Made by a program: the position numbers and the translations under genes
Shown: positions 39,506 to 49,725 of the stretch, one piece after another
Numbering within the stretch: the stretch's first letter is position 1
Layout: the number at the start of each line of letters is the position of its first letter
Origin: a virus
Lineage: Duplodnaviria > Heunggongvirae > Uroviricota > Caudoviricetes
DNA: 64,000 nucleotides
Direction: 5' to 3' (one strand)
IMG/VR virus record: IMGVR_UViG_3300043447_000408
Location: 1-64,000 of that record
Notes under the pieces: generated by a model
Databases searched by the model: none
What the model saw: only the letters and a program-made list of their open reading frames with translations
Told to the model about the DNA's origin: nothing

Positions 39506-40200
39506 ATTAAATTCTTGTTTCTAATGAAATGACTAACTTTATTTTTATCCGCAATGTGACAAACCCCATTCATTGATAACTCATCAAACGATGGGTTATG
39601 TTTATATAGGTAATTTATATCATCAAAGTATAAATTTAAATATTGTTGATTTAAAGTTATTGGTGGTATCCCGTGGTAACGTTTGTTAAAAAAATCGTAA
39701 TTTGACTCAATAACATCTAAAACTTCGGAATATGCTTTATTCACATTTCTAAAGTTGCGAGACGCAATTATTGAGGTGTTATTCAATTCCATATAATCTA
39801 ACGAGGTATTTGAATATAGTTTATGTAGTTCGGTAAAATGTTCAATTTGTGAACTCGATAAAGGATGTTTGTAACATAAATTTAGTTTATCCTTTTTAAT
39901 TATATCTAATAATTTTTTAATATCCTCAACTACTAAATCATTATCCAAATGTATAAAAGGAAACTGAATTTCGGATAGTACTTTTAATTTAGGATATGAC
40001 CATATTGTTGGTTTTCGGTATCTATCCGATAGGGACAATTCAACCCAATCATATACTAAGTCTAAATTTTTAAAATAATCAATATCGGAATATATTATAG
40101 GAACTTCACCCTGTATATTCAAACTTTGAATTGAGTACTTTAAGTAAATTTCAGTAATCTCTTTGAGTCTGGTTGGTAGATATGTGAATACTATTCTCAT
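39502..40200 (-). CDS. hypothetical protein
   Basis: 232-aa ORF, ends NLI. Confidence 0.5.
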   Translation of the reverse strand: MRIVFTYLPTRLKEITEIYLKYSIQSLNIQGEVPIIYSDIDYFKNLDLVYDWVELSLSDRYRKPTIWSYPKLKVLSEIQFPFIHLDNDLVVEDIKKLLDIIKKDKLNLCYKHPLSSSQIEHFTELHKLYSNTSLDYMELNNTSIIASRNFRNVNKAYSEVLDVIESNYDFFNKRYHGIPPITLNQQYLNLYFDDINYLYKHNPSFDELSMNGVCHIADKNKVSHFIRNKNLI

Positions 40201-41444
40201 TATAGTAATGGTCGTTTTGGTATGGGTTCGTTAGATATTGTACCATTAACCATCATATCTAACATTGAATTTTCTTTATGTAATCTATCAATAAAAATGT
40301 CGTGACATTCTTTAATCCAATCCTTACATAGTTGATAATTGTTGTCAAAATCACTAATGAATGTTCTTACAAAATCCGCAAATAGTTTAGCATTTCCTTG
40401 ATATTGTTTGGACTCATCATAAAAAGGATGTTTTCTAATCCCAACCAAATCCATAATACAATCGTATGGATATGAATGAGTGGAAATGAAAGGAACGTTT
40501 GCTAAAATTAATCCTAATGACTTTTCACTTAGGTATTGACTGTGGTAATCAGCAGAATTATGAGCCCAAGATTCGTCACATATTTGAATTTTAGACATTG
40601 GTAAAATCCTCAAGAAAAAGTCAAGACCTACAGTTATGTTTGTTAATATCCTTAAGTTCTGAAAATCAATTTCAGAATCGTAATCATTTAAGTAAGCTCC
40701 TTCAATTTTTCTATATTTTGGTTGGACTGAGTTATGTTCAATAACATTCGTTTGTGAAACAAATATATCTTCTATTTGTGTTAACTCTTCAGCTATTTTA
40801 ACTCTGAGGGGTTTATGTGCTCTAACCGAATAGCCCATTTTATATTTTGGAACTATAACATCACTAACATTTTTATAATCATAAAACCACCTAATACTAA
40901 TCATTTCATTCCATTGAAAAATAATGTTAGTGAATGGATTGTATAAGTTTGGGTGTTTACTTAATACTATTTTATTAGTAAAAATATTATCAGTTAATAT
41001 ATAATGATTTGATAATCTAAGAATTTGATTCTCAATTTCTTCAATTTGTATTGTTCCGTCTGTCTTTACTTTTGCGTTATCATTCTTAATGAATATTTTT
41101 TCAGTTCTAAATAAAGATACCACCCAATTCTTTTTGTCTTCAATGAGGTCCGCCATTCTTTCGATTATGGCAAAAGAATCCGAACCTTTATGTTCGGTGT
41201 TTTCAAAATTTGTATCTTGACCTCTTTGTCTAAGTGCTCCAAAGAAATCAATTATGTGAATCCCCTCATCATCATTTATCTCAGGATTAAATGACACTTC
41301 AAAGTTCTTTCCTCCGTACTCAAATGTGATATCCCTAATCGCACCGTTAGTGTTATCCACTTCAACCATCTCTTTGTTCTTAACATTATGAAAGAACTTT
41401 TGAAATAACATATCGGTATAATAATGATGAACGAATATTTTCAT
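40200..41444 (-). CDS. hypothetical protein (414 aa)
   Basis: long ORF, no motif recognised. Confidence 0.5.
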   Translation of the reverse strand: MKIFVHHYYTDMLFQKFFHNVKNKEMVEVDNTNGAIRDITFEYGGKNFEVSFNPEINDDEGIHIIDFFGALRQRGQDTNFENTEHKGSDSFAIIERMADLIEDKKNWVVSLFRTEKIFIKNDNAKVKTDGTIQIEEIENQILRLSNHYILTDNIFTNKIVLSKHPNLYNPFTNIIFQWNEMISIRWFYDYKNVSDVIVPKYKMGYSVRAHKPLRVKIAEELTQIEDIFVSQTNVIEHNSVQPKYRKIEGAYLNDYDSEIDFQNLRILTNITVGLDFFLRILPMSKIQICDESWAHNSADYHSQYLSEKSLGLILANVPFISTHSYPYDCIMDLVGIRKHPFYDESKQYQGNAKLFADFVRTFISDFDNNYQLCKDWIKECHDIFIDRLHKENSMLDMMVNGTISNEPIPKRPLL

Positions 41445-41447
41445 AGG

Positions 41448-41945
41448 TTAAATTAATTTCTTGATTGTTTTATCTCTATCACCTTTTCTTAATCTCTCCT
41501 CACTGTTGAAATCAAAAATATCTTCATAATACGTAATTGGGACATTAAGTTTGGTGGATAAGTCACTTAACTCCTTATTCCATTTTATAATGTCGTTGTG
41601 GCACAGTTCAAAAATATCTGTAGGTATCTCTTCATAAACATAAGGTTTGTTTGAGTCATAATTTTTAATCTTTGAGAAGTATGTTTGGTAAGCGTGTGAT
41701 TCTGTACACTCTTTAACGTTTCTTCTCGTTAATAATATCACCTCATCAAAGTTTTTTGATAGTTGTATATTATCGTTGTGATGACATATTATTGTTTTAA
41801 CCACAACATTCTTTTCACTATTATATTCAACTCTACCAGTACCATCAAACGGTTCAAACAAAGGTTTTAAATTTTTCTCTTTTGCTAATTTGTGTAACAA
41901 TGAAGTAGAACCTGTTCTTGGTAGGGAGATTATTAATACACTCAT
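41448..41945 (-). CDS. NodH/Stf0-like sulfotransferase
   Basis: 5'-PSB-like loop IISLPRTGSTSLL at N-terminus; LLTRRN..ES 3'-PB-like; short (165 aa). Confidence 0.5.
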   Translation of the reverse strand: MSVLIISLPRTGSTSLLHKLAKEKNLKPLFEPFDGTGRVEYNSEKNVVVKTIICHHNDNIQLSKNFDEVILLTRRNVKECTESHAYQTYFSKIKNYDSNKPYVYEEIPTDIFELCHNDIIKWNKELSDLSTKLNVPITYYEDIFDFNSEERLRKGDRDKTIKKLI

Positions 41946-42508
41946 AACAATGTTTTATTACTTTTAACTCTCGGATAATCAAAATCAGTTTCGGTCATCC
42001 ACACATTTAACGCATATCTTATTCCCTTAGTTACCGGTAAAACTCCGTGATATGTTTCCGAACCATTGAATGAAATACTATCACCCAATTTCAAATCACA
42101 TAATGTTAAACCGTCCAATTTCTCAAAGTTGTATGGTGGATTCTCATCTTGGGTTAACACAAATTGACCACCTTCAAAATCGTCAGAAAGAACGATAACA
42201 GTCGTCAACTCACTTGACTTGTCTTTATGTAGATTAAGGTACCTACCATCATAGTACGATGTTAAACTTATATTGAAATTTTTTAAATTAAATGTTGAAT
42301 AATCAAACCATAATTTAAACTCTCCATTTTTGTAATTGGTTGTTAATAAATTAATAATTCTTTCTTTAAAATTGGAATCGTACATTCTTCTACAATCCCA
42401 TACTTCGGTTGGTTTATATGAAAAGGGTTCACCGAACTCAAGACAAAAATCAATTATATCTTTAGCGGTTTCTCTATCACAAAAATTATTGTTTATGTTA
42501 TAATTCAT
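41942..42508 (-). CDS. 2OG-Fe(II) oxygenase (prolyl-4-hydroxylase-like)
   Basis: HKD (HxD), distal YHGV His, RYALNVW Arg. Confidence 0.7.
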   Translation of the reverse strand: MNYNINNNFCDRETAKDIIDFCLEFGEPFSYKPTEVWDCRRMYDSNFKERIINLLTTNYKNGEFKLWFDYSTFNLKNFNISLTSYYDGRYLNLHKDKSSELTTVIVLSDDFEGGQFVLTQDENPPYNFEKLDGLTLCDLKLGDSISFNGSETYHGVLPVTKGIRYALNVWMTETDFDYPRVKSNKTLL

Positions 42509-43326
42509 AGTAGATATGAATTTTTCTTTTTATTATGAATTAGTAAATTACCTTCATTTATGAATTTATACAATTCCTCAGCAATTAATTTATATCCATT
42601 GTTACTTGGATGTTTACCTGCGGTTGTGTCCACCCATCGATTATTATCCTCCCAAACATCTTTTCTATTTGTGTCGATTAACAAATTAGCCATTGTTTTA
42701 TCTCTATAACCCCAATATCTTTCACCCTCAATCAAATGAGTTTTATCAACCAGAACATCAATATTTTTGTTAATCATAGTATCAAACGCATCACAAAAAA
42801 CATATCTAATCCCCAACTCTTTAAACATAAATTGTAAGTGTAGAATGTAGTTTTGGTTAACTATGTCATAGTACGTGTCATTAAACAAATTACTAATGTA
42901 GTAATCTCTAAAATTTTTTTCTGCTCTATTATAGTTTACATTATCCCCACTAACACCGTCGAAAATATATTTGAAAAGATGTTGTTTACTCTTATATCGT
43001 TGACCCCAAATATGAAAACTATTCTCGTTCGGAAAAAATGGTAATTGGTCTCTTAATGAGGAGGACCACATAATAACAACAAAATCATCTTGAGTGATGA
43101 TTTCATTTTTTAATTGATAACAAACTGTATTGAATATTGAGTTGTTTGAAAAAGCCCCAACTCCGTTATTTTTAACTTCACATTCAAGTAGTTCTGATAA
43201 GTGTTTTGGCCAACAATATTTTTGTCTTATGTTAGTTCTTTCCTCAGGAATTTCTGTTGTTAATTCTTCCTCAACATTACCCCCAACACCTTCTGTCCAA
43301 CTATCTCCATATGTGAATAACTTCAT
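42505..43326 (-). CDS. SGNH/GDSL hydrolase
   Basis: block I LFTYGDSWTEGVGG, block V AGKHPSNNGYKLIAE. Confidence 0.6.
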   Translation of the reverse strand: MKLFTYGDSWTEGVGGNVEEELTTEIPEERTNIRQKYCWPKHLSELLECEVKNNGVGAFSNNSIFNTVCYQLKNEIITQDDFVVIMWSSSLRDQLPFFPNENSFHIWGQRYKSKQHLFKYIFDGVSGDNVNYNRAEKNFRDYYISNLFNDTYYDIVNQNYILHLQFMFKELGIRYVFCDAFDTMINKNIDVLVDKTHLIEGERYWGYRDKTMANLLIDTNRKDVWEDNNRWVDTTAGKHPSNNGYKLIAEELYKFINEGNLLIHNKKKNSYLL

Positions 43327-43337
43327 AAAACATTATC

Positions 43338-43481
43338 TTATTCCCCCAAGTGTTTAACCTTAATAGCAGTTACAACCGCCTCAAACGCAGTTGCTACTTT
43401 TGTTTTTAGTTCACTTGAAATGGGTGCAACAATTGCTTTAATTGTTTGTGCGGGTCTTTCTATTCTTTCTTTTTGTGCCAT
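43338..43481 (-). CDS. small hypothetical protein (47 aa), not in ORF track
   Basis: MAQKERIERPAQTIKAIVAPISSELKTKVATAFEAVVTAIKVKHLGE fills the gap between flanking genes. Confidence 0.3.
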   Translation of the reverse strand: MAQKERIERPAQTIKAIVAPISSELKTKVATAFEAVVTAIKVKHLGE

Positions 43482-43493
43482 AATAAATTAGTT

Positions 43494-44987
43494 TTAGATT
43501 TTAGGTAATGGTACGTTACTACAACTTGGGCAGTACCAAGAATTACACCAATGTCCACAATAGTTCCAAGGACACCAACAAGTGTTGTGCATCACACTGA
43601 AATCACCGTCACCAATGTCGACTAAGAATAAATCCGAAGATTCAAAGTCCAAACTGTAAATGGTTTTTTGTGCGTGTTCCATTTCCAAACCAGTAATTTC
43701 AACAGTTGTTAATAGATTGGTATTCGCGTCTGTGATTACCAATTTGTCACCAACATACATTTTATTGACTTTTTCAAATCTGGTTGAAGTTGAGTCTTTC
43801 TCCTCAATATAATAAGTTGCTGACGGTGCGTCGGTCCAAGTTCTACCATCAGATAATGTTATTCTGATGTAAATCGTATCAACAGCGCCAGACACCATCG
43901 CATTTAATGTGGTTCCGGTTTGAATTAATGTTGAGTTGTCTTGTGCAACTGTACTATCCCACCCAAATGTTTCAATCTTACTTTGCTCAAATTTAGCTGC
44001 GTGGTTATCATTTAAGTCTACGTAATCAATTGAACGAACATAATCACCCAATTCTATGGTATCAACATCTAATAATGTTCCGTCATATTTTAATATAACA
44101 CTATCATCATCAGTGTGATAATCATTCTTTGCGTAGTTACCTAATTCCTTAGTAATATATTTGTATCTACTTTTCTGATTTAACTTATTAGTTCCCGTAA
44201 CAAATTCATCATCTGAGAATGTTAATGGTATAATTGTTGATTGTGTATATCCACCCATATGGATAACATCCAATTCAGGTCCATATATAATGTCAATACT
44301 TCTTATTATTGAATATCTACCTTGGACTAAGTTGTTTTCGGAAAAAATGAATTCTTGAGCTAAGTGATTTGGTTCTACTAAATTTGCCTTCATAGATTCT
44401 AAATCCTCATTATTTGATATTCTATATAGTGCAGGATAATCCATTGGATTATAAGAAGGGTTTCTTGGTTTTATTAAAATATTTGGGGTCGATGTGGTTG
44501 TATAATCCACTGAATCTATTGTATCAAAATTTATTTCACTAGTCTCAAAATATGTTTTTGGGATAAACTCTGACTGACCCATTAAATTAAAAAATTCAAA
44601 CTTATCCGCACAGTAGGTTTCATCGACTAAAGCGGTGGTATCAAAGGATTGTCTCAGTATAAACTTGTGAACATCGTCTTCAATGTATGGTACCGTAACA
44701 GAACCCACTGGCACAATAAATTCAGTGAATGACATATTATTTTCTTGACACTTTTCTTCTAAAATTTTCTTAAATCTATATTGTTCGGTTAAGGGTTTAT
44801 ATGCATCCCCTTCGGTCCATATTAAATAGAATTCAGTAATGTTGTTGTCAACCAACATCGTAAATAACGAGGTATAATCAAGGAAATCAGCACCCTCATT
44901 ATAAATTGTGGTGTTTGTGTTTATTTCCAAAAACTTCACCGAGTCTCCTGTTTGTAGTAAGTCACTACCAATTATAGTTGCTTTCAT
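43494..44987 (-). CDS. hypothetical protein with C-terminal Cys/Trp-rich tail
   Basis: 497 aa ending HNTCWCPWNYCGHWCNSWYCPSCSNVPLPKI. Confidence 0.55.
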   Translation of the reverse strand: MKATIIGSDLLQTGDSVKFLEINTNTTIYNEGADFLDYTSLFTMLVDNNITEFYLIWTEGDAYKPLTEQYRFKKILEEKCQENNMSFTEFIVPVGSVTVPYIEDDVHKFILRQSFDTTALVDETYCADKFEFFNLMGQSEFIPKTYFETSEINFDTIDSVDYTTTSTPNILIKPRNPSYNPMDYPALYRISNNEDLESMKANLVEPNHLAQEFIFSENNLVQGRYSIIRSIDIIYGPELDVIHMGGYTQSTIIPLTFSDDEFVTGTNKLNQKSRYKYITKELGNYAKNDYHTDDDSVILKYDGTLLDVDTIELGDYVRSIDYVDLNDNHAAKFEQSKIETFGWDSTVAQDNSTLIQTGTTLNAMVSGAVDTIYIRITLSDGRTWTDAPSATYYIEEKDSTSTRFEKVNKMYVGDKLVITDANTNLLTTVEITGLEMEHAQKTIYSLDFESSDLFLVDIGDGDFSVMHNTCWCPWNYCGHWCNSWYCPSCSNVPLPKI

Positions 44988-45078
44988 AAATTTTGTTTCC
45001 TTACAATAAATATATCTATAAAAATATTATTAGAAAAGGATATTTATAATGTTTATTTTTTTATTATATATGTATATA

Positions 45079-45366
45079 TTAAATTAAAGTACTATTTTTC
45101 TTACTCATAATGGGTGTTATATATTCTGAATCAACCTCTTCCCAATAACCTTTGGTACAAGGATTAAAATTCTTCGAAAAAACTTTTTTGTTTAATGGGC
45201 ATCCACAATCACCACAATAAGCAGACCATTTTACACCTTTCAAAACTTCTTTCCTATATTCACAACCCAAACAAACATTTAATCTTTTTTCTGCCAACTC
45301 CTCTTCTATCGGGGTTGGGTTGAATGATGTTTTCCAAGCTTCAAAAATTTCTTTATAGTCTATCAT
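45079..45366 (-). CDS. small Cys-rich (zinc-ribbon-like) protein
   Basis: CLGCEY...YCGDCGCP...NPC. Confidence 0.45.
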   Translation of the reverse strand: MIDYKEIFEAWKTSFNPTPIEEELAEKRLNVCLGCEYRKEVLKGVKWSAYCGDCGCPLNKKVFSKNFNPCTKGYWEEVDSEYITPIMSKKNSTLI

Positions 45367-46154
45367 ATTAATGTCTTGGTTAATTTTGGTAGGTCGTAAT
45401 AATCATAAATACTGTTGTATTTTTTTATAAAATCATCATCTAAATTCACAACACATTTCATATGTTTACTTGAATTAACCGAATGAAGCTCAAATGGTTT
45501 TTCTAAAATATTTGATACCCATTCCTCTAACTTATCTAATTCATCAAAATCAAACCAAATTATTGTTTGGTCATTATTTGTCCAATTTGATACGGGGGTT
45601 AATAGAATGTCAATCATATTAACTGCATATCCCTTGGTGTTAGATTTAAAATATTCTTCTTCTGATTTTTTAAATTTTGATGTTACTGAGATATCTATTT
45701 TTTCATCAATCAATTTCAAATCCATTAGAAATTCACAAATTTTATTCCATCTTTGTTTTTTAGTTGCAACATCTTCTTTTGTAAAAAAGAATAATTCATC
45801 CAATGATAGTTTGGAGAACTTTTTATAAATCTTACTAAATCCCATCCTTTTTAAATCAAATAAGACGTGTTTATATAATGAATAAAATCTTTCGTGTCTT
45901 TGTCTTTTAACAGCAATAATCGGGTAGTTTCTACCAAATTTAGTCTGTAAATCAATTAAAGATTCGTGTCCGTGATAGATATAATTCATTAAGTCTTTTG
46001 TATCTACCGATTTAAAATCAATGTCTGAATTTGCTAATTCCCACTCACCATTATGTGTCTGTACTTTAACATCATTAACTAAACAAGAATAATGAAATGC
46101 GGTAGACGCACATCTCGGTAAACTCAAATAAAAAAACTTATTTTCAACTAACAT
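45363..46154 (-). CDS. sulfotransferase-like protein
   Basis: N-terminal FYLSLPRCASTAF resembles the PSB loop of the 41448-41945 protein. Confidence 0.4.
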   Translation of the reverse strand: MLVENKFFYLSLPRCASTAFHYSCLVNDVKVQTHNGEWELANSDIDFKSVDTKDLMNYIYHGHESLIDLQTKFGRNYPIIAVKRQRHERFYSLYKHVLFDLKRMGFSKIYKKFSKLSLDELFFFTKEDVATKKQRWNKICEFLMDLKLIDEKIDISVTSKFKKSEEEYFKSNTKGYAVNMIDILLTPVSNWTNNDQTIIWFDFDELDKLEEWVSNILEKPFELHSVNSSKHMKCVVNLDDDFIKKYNSIYDYYDLPKLTKTLI

Positions 46155-46723
46155 TATATTAAGGATTTTTTAATTATTTTGGAGGGCCATACATTTATGG
46201 AGTATCTAACTCCGCTTGTTATTTCTTTTACTGAATGTACGATGTTTGAATCAAAAATGAATACACTACCTTCTTTTTTAGGTACCGAATACTCAGTTTC
46301 GTTTATCATATACTTAACATCTCCATCCTCGTATTGGTCGTTTAATTGAATTATATAAGTTATTGTTGCACCATTTACAATTTCGTGACTATCGGGATGC
46401 CAATCTAAAAAATCACCTTCCCCATATCTGTTAAATGAATAATTGTGTATTCGATTATACGTGATTCCATTATATGGGTTTAATTCATTAGATAAAGTAA
46501 TGATTTTATCGGTTAACTCTTTTAGTATTGGTAAGTCTAATAATCCGTTAGTAAAATATGTTCCCATTCTTTTATTACCACTATACTCAGTATTTTCTGT
46601 TAATACTTTCCCGTTAACCACTAATGATGATTTCATTTGTACTAAATTAGTTGATTCACCTAACTTTATTAAAGACTTGCACTCATCAGGAGTTAAAAAA
46701 TTTTCAATGTACCTCGTAAACAT
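46154..46723 (-). CDS. 2OG-Fe(II) oxygenase (P4H-like)
   Basis: WHPDSHE, HSVKE, RYSINVW. Confidence 0.7.
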   Translation of the reverse strand: MFTRYIENFLTPDECKSLIKLGESTNLVQMKSSLVVNGKVLTENTEYSGNKRMGTYFTNGLLDLPILKELTDKIITLSNELNPYNGITYNRIHNYSFNRYGEGDFLDWHPDSHEIVNGATITYIIQLNDQYEDGDVKYMINETEYSVPKKEGSVFIFDSNIVHSVKEITSGVRYSINVWPSKIIKKSLI

Positions 46724-47377
46724 TTATATCAGAGATTTTTCTTTTTTTATATAATCGAACCCAACATTACCGGCAACCACAATTCTATCTATAGTTGAGT
46801 TAGGTGCATTATTTGGGCTATGTGGCATATCCGCCTCCATAATAATTAAATCATCTTCTTCGGGTCTAATCCAATATTCTTTTTTATTGTTTCCTTTAAA
46901 ATATAAAACTCCGTCTTCACCATTCATAACATCAGGCATTTGAATATAATAAACGTACGTATAATGAGGAATAAATGATTTAATTTCTTTGTTTATGTCT
47001 GTGTGTACGTGATATTTGTCTACCCCTTTCAATTCCTCGTGTTTGAATTGTATTTGAACTGGGTCAGTCGAGCGGACAACGTTAACCCAAGCATCTGTAT
47101 TAATTTTATTATATAAAATATTTTTTTCTTTGTATAAATCTTTACAACGGTCAATTCCAATTTGAATGATTTCATCCATTTTTGTTTTAATATCAATTTC
47201 ACCAGTAAAATTGATATTCTGATTCCATTCTTTTACAAAACCATACCCATCAGTTTTAACATCTGGTTGGGATTCTATAATAGAATTGGCTTCTTTTAAT
47301 AAATCCGTTTTATCAGATAAACGATTTAATTTACCTCTCCAAATATATGTCTCTTCGTCAAAGTATAATTTCTCCAT
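46724..47377 (-). CDS. putative cupin/2OG-Fe(II) oxygenase-like protein
   Basis: HVHTD and distal MPHSP, RIVVAG; weaker match. Confidence 0.4.
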   Translation of the reverse strand: MEKLYFDEETYIWRGKLNRLSDKTDLLKEANSIIESQPDVKTDGYGFVKEWNQNINFTGEIDIKTKMDEIIQIGIDRCKDLYKEKNILYNKINTDAWVNVVRSTDPVQIQFKHEELKGVDKYHVHTDINKEIKSFIPHYTYVYYIQMPDVMNGEDGVLYFKGNNKKEYWIRPEEDDLIIMEADMPHSPNNAPNSTIDRIVVAGNVGFDYIKKEKSLI

Positions 47378-47378
47378 A

Positions 47379-48623
47379 CTATATCAATTCTTTTTTAAGT
47401 ACTTTTTTGTTCTTTCTGAAAATGGTTAGATAATTGTTTACAAAAAAAGTAAGTTCGTTTGGTGTAATATCTTCCAATTCAAATGATGATAGTAATTCCA
47501 CATCACTTCTAACTGTGATTGAGTTATTTTTGTCTAATATCTTTTTTAGTTTTGAAGGTATCGGCATTGATGTACAGTCTTTCCAAAACTGCGTGTCATC
47601 TCTCTCACACAAATAATGATATCTTATGAAATTTAAATTCTGTTCGTTTATTTGATAACACCATTTATTATATCTCTCAACATATTGTTCATCGAAGTTT
47701 AAATCAATTAACTTCTTTAACTGCATTATAGTCGACATCAATGATGTCGCTTCTAAAGGTTCAATAAACCCATAAGATAGTCCTATCGATATACTATTCC
47801 CAATCCAACTTCTTTTATGTGTACCAGGATTAAAGTTAAAAACTTTTTGTAAAGTTACTTCGTGACCTAAACGATTCTCAATCTCTTTCTTTGCATCTTC
47901 TACGGTTATATATTTGTCATTGAAAACATAACCGCAACCCCATCTATGTTGTAATGGGATTTTAAACATCCAACCACAATCCATCGACACCATCTCGGTA
48001 TATGTCTTATCATTTAATTGATATTTGTTTTCTTGTGGTAAAAAGAACGCTATTGCCTTATTCATCATCAAGTAATCGGTATACCCAATCCACTCTTCTT
48101 TATGTACACCATCAATAACGATTTTAGCAAATCCACTACAATCAAATACAAAATCTAAATCAATGGTTGTACCATCTTTCATTTTTAATTCTGAAATGAT
48201 ACTATTTTCATTTTTTATCTCACTCACCTCACCGTCAACCCAATTAACTCCTCTACTAATTGCAATTTCTTTAAAGTATTGTGCAACTAATCTTGCATCA
48301 AAATGATAAGCATACGATTTATTAAATTCGCTTGGTCCGTCACCAAAGAAAAGATGCTTTGATAATTCATTATTACCTGTCCAATTATATAAATGTAATC
48401 CACCTTTTACTGTTGATTTAGTTTTCTCAAAGAATTCATTCTGATTAATATCTAATAACACGAGCATCTTACCGAAGTTGGATGTTCCTCCTTCACCAGC
48501 ACCCAATATTCCAATTTTAGAACTCTCTACTAATGTAACACTAACATCCTTCCAAAATTTATTAACCACCAATGAGGTTAACCATCCCGCAGTACCACCG
48601 CCAATTATTACAACTTTTTTCAT
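47379..48623 (-). CDS. flavin-dependent halogenase (tryptophan halogenase family)
   Basis: N-terminal VVIIGGGTAGWLTS; GWMFKIPL resembling the WxWxIP motif (second W is F); AGEGG near N-terminus. Confidence 0.65.
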   Translation of the reverse strand: MKKVVIIGGGTAGWLTSLVVNKFWKDVSVTLVESSKIGILGAGEGGTSNFGKMLVLLDINQNEFFEKTKSTVKGGLHLYNWTGNNELSKHLFFGDGPSEFNKSYAYHFDARLVAQYFKEIAISRGVNWVDGEVSEIKNENSIISELKMKDGTTIDLDFVFDCSGFAKIVIDGVHKEEWIGYTDYLMMNKAIAFFLPQENKYQLNDKTYTEMVSMDCGWMFKIPLQHRWGCGYVFNDKYITVEDAKKEIENRLGHEVTLQKVFNFNPGTHKRSWIGNSISIGLSYGFIEPLEATSLMSTIMQLKKLIDLNFDEQYVERYNKWCYQINEQNLNFIRYHYLCERDDTQFWKDCTSMPIPSKLKKILDKNNSITVRSDVELLSSFELEDITPNELTFFVNNYLTIFRKNKKVLKKELI

Positions 48624-49168
48624 ATTAAATTTTGTTTATTTGGGGTAGTCTTAATTATCGATACCCAATTTACTAATGAATATCTTGTACCCGATTCAAC
48701 CGGTGTGACTCTATGTCTTAAACCCGATTCGAAAACATATAATGTACCTGCTCTTTTTTGTGAGGGTATGTTGTCACCTTTCGAATCTTTTATTTCTAAA
48801 AATCCACCTTCATAATCATCGTTTAAAAGAATGACAGTTGACACGATTCTTTCTTTAAAGGTGGTTGAGTCCTTATCGGTATGCCAACCATAATACTCCC
48901 CGACTTTGTATTCAGTAAATTGAAAAGAGCCGAGACCTGTGACCTCAGCACCATTCAATTTAAAAGATTCTCTTAATATTTCTTTTAATCTAATATTAAC
49001 ATCACCCAAATCATTAATCCAAGATACTGAAGATTTTCTTTCGTTCGGATTTCCGTTCGCAACTCCTGCAGTTTCTAATGTTAATTCTTTGTGACACTTG
49101 TTTAACACATAATGACATTCATCATTTGATAAAAAGTTTTCAAATATGTAGAATTCATTATTTGTCAT
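48620..49168 (-). CDS. 2OG-Fe(II) oxygenase (P4H-like)
   Basis: WHTDKD, HRVTPV, RYSLVNW. Confidence 0.7.
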   Translation of the reverse strand: MTNNEFYIFENFLSNDECHYVLNKCHKELTLETAGVANGNPNERKSSVSWINDLGDVNIRLKEILRESFKLNGAEVTGLGSFQFTEYKVGEYYGWHTDKDSTTFKERIVSTVILLNDDYEGGFLEIKDSKGDNIPSQKRAGTLYVFESGLRHRVTPVESGTRYSLVNWVSIIKTTPNKQNLI

Positions 49169-49379
49169 TTTCCTTTCTTAATCCAAATTTTATCCACTTA
49201 TACCATATCCTTTCGTGAATATAATATTGAATTGGTTTATATACAAGTTCAGCAATACCAAATGCAGCTCCGACTTTAATATCACCACTAACCCACCACA
49301 TAATTACAAATCCGATTAATGTACTTATAACTCTGTAGGATATAGTTTTGGCTATATGTCGTTTACGTTCTACTACCAT
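49158..49379 (-). CDS. small two-TM membrane protein
   Basis: 73 aa, two hydrophobic helices. Confidence 0.45.
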   Translation of the reverse strand: MVVERKRHIAKTISYRVISTLIGFVIMWWVSGDIKVGAAFGIAELVYKPIQYYIHERIWYKWIKFGLRKENDK

Positions 49380-49725
49380 CGTTGTTTATTTCTCCATTAC
49401 GGATTTTAGTACCACTTATTGCCGCAACATCTGCAGGTGGTTCGTGATAGATTACTTCATACCCAACTCCTCTACCATAATTCACCGATTCAATGTCAGG
49501 AATAATTGATAATAATAACTTATCGAAATTGTCATTAAAGAAAGGTTCTTTAATTAATTCTTCAAACACTTCTCGTGCCGTTTTGGGATTGTTTTCATCA
49601 ACTTCAACATCTCTAATTGCCACCCATACATTTTTACCTTGGTCTAATTGTTGTCTAATTAACCATTCGTGTCCTTTGTGCCAATTCTGCCATCTTCCGA
49701 TGTACAGTGCATACTTTTTACTCAT
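49363..49725 (-). CDS. HxGH nucleotidyltransferase (NMNAT/cytidylyltransferase-like)
   Basis: YIGRWQNWHKGHEWLI (HxGH) and C-terminal ISGTKIRN (ISxTxIR) motifs. Confidence 0.6.
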   Translation of the reverse strand: MSKKYALYIGRWQNWHKGHEWLIRQQLDQGKNVWVAIRDVEVDENNPKTAREVFEELIKEPFFNDNFDKLLLSIIPDIESVNYGRGVGYEVIYHEPPADVAAISGTKIRNGEINNDGSRT

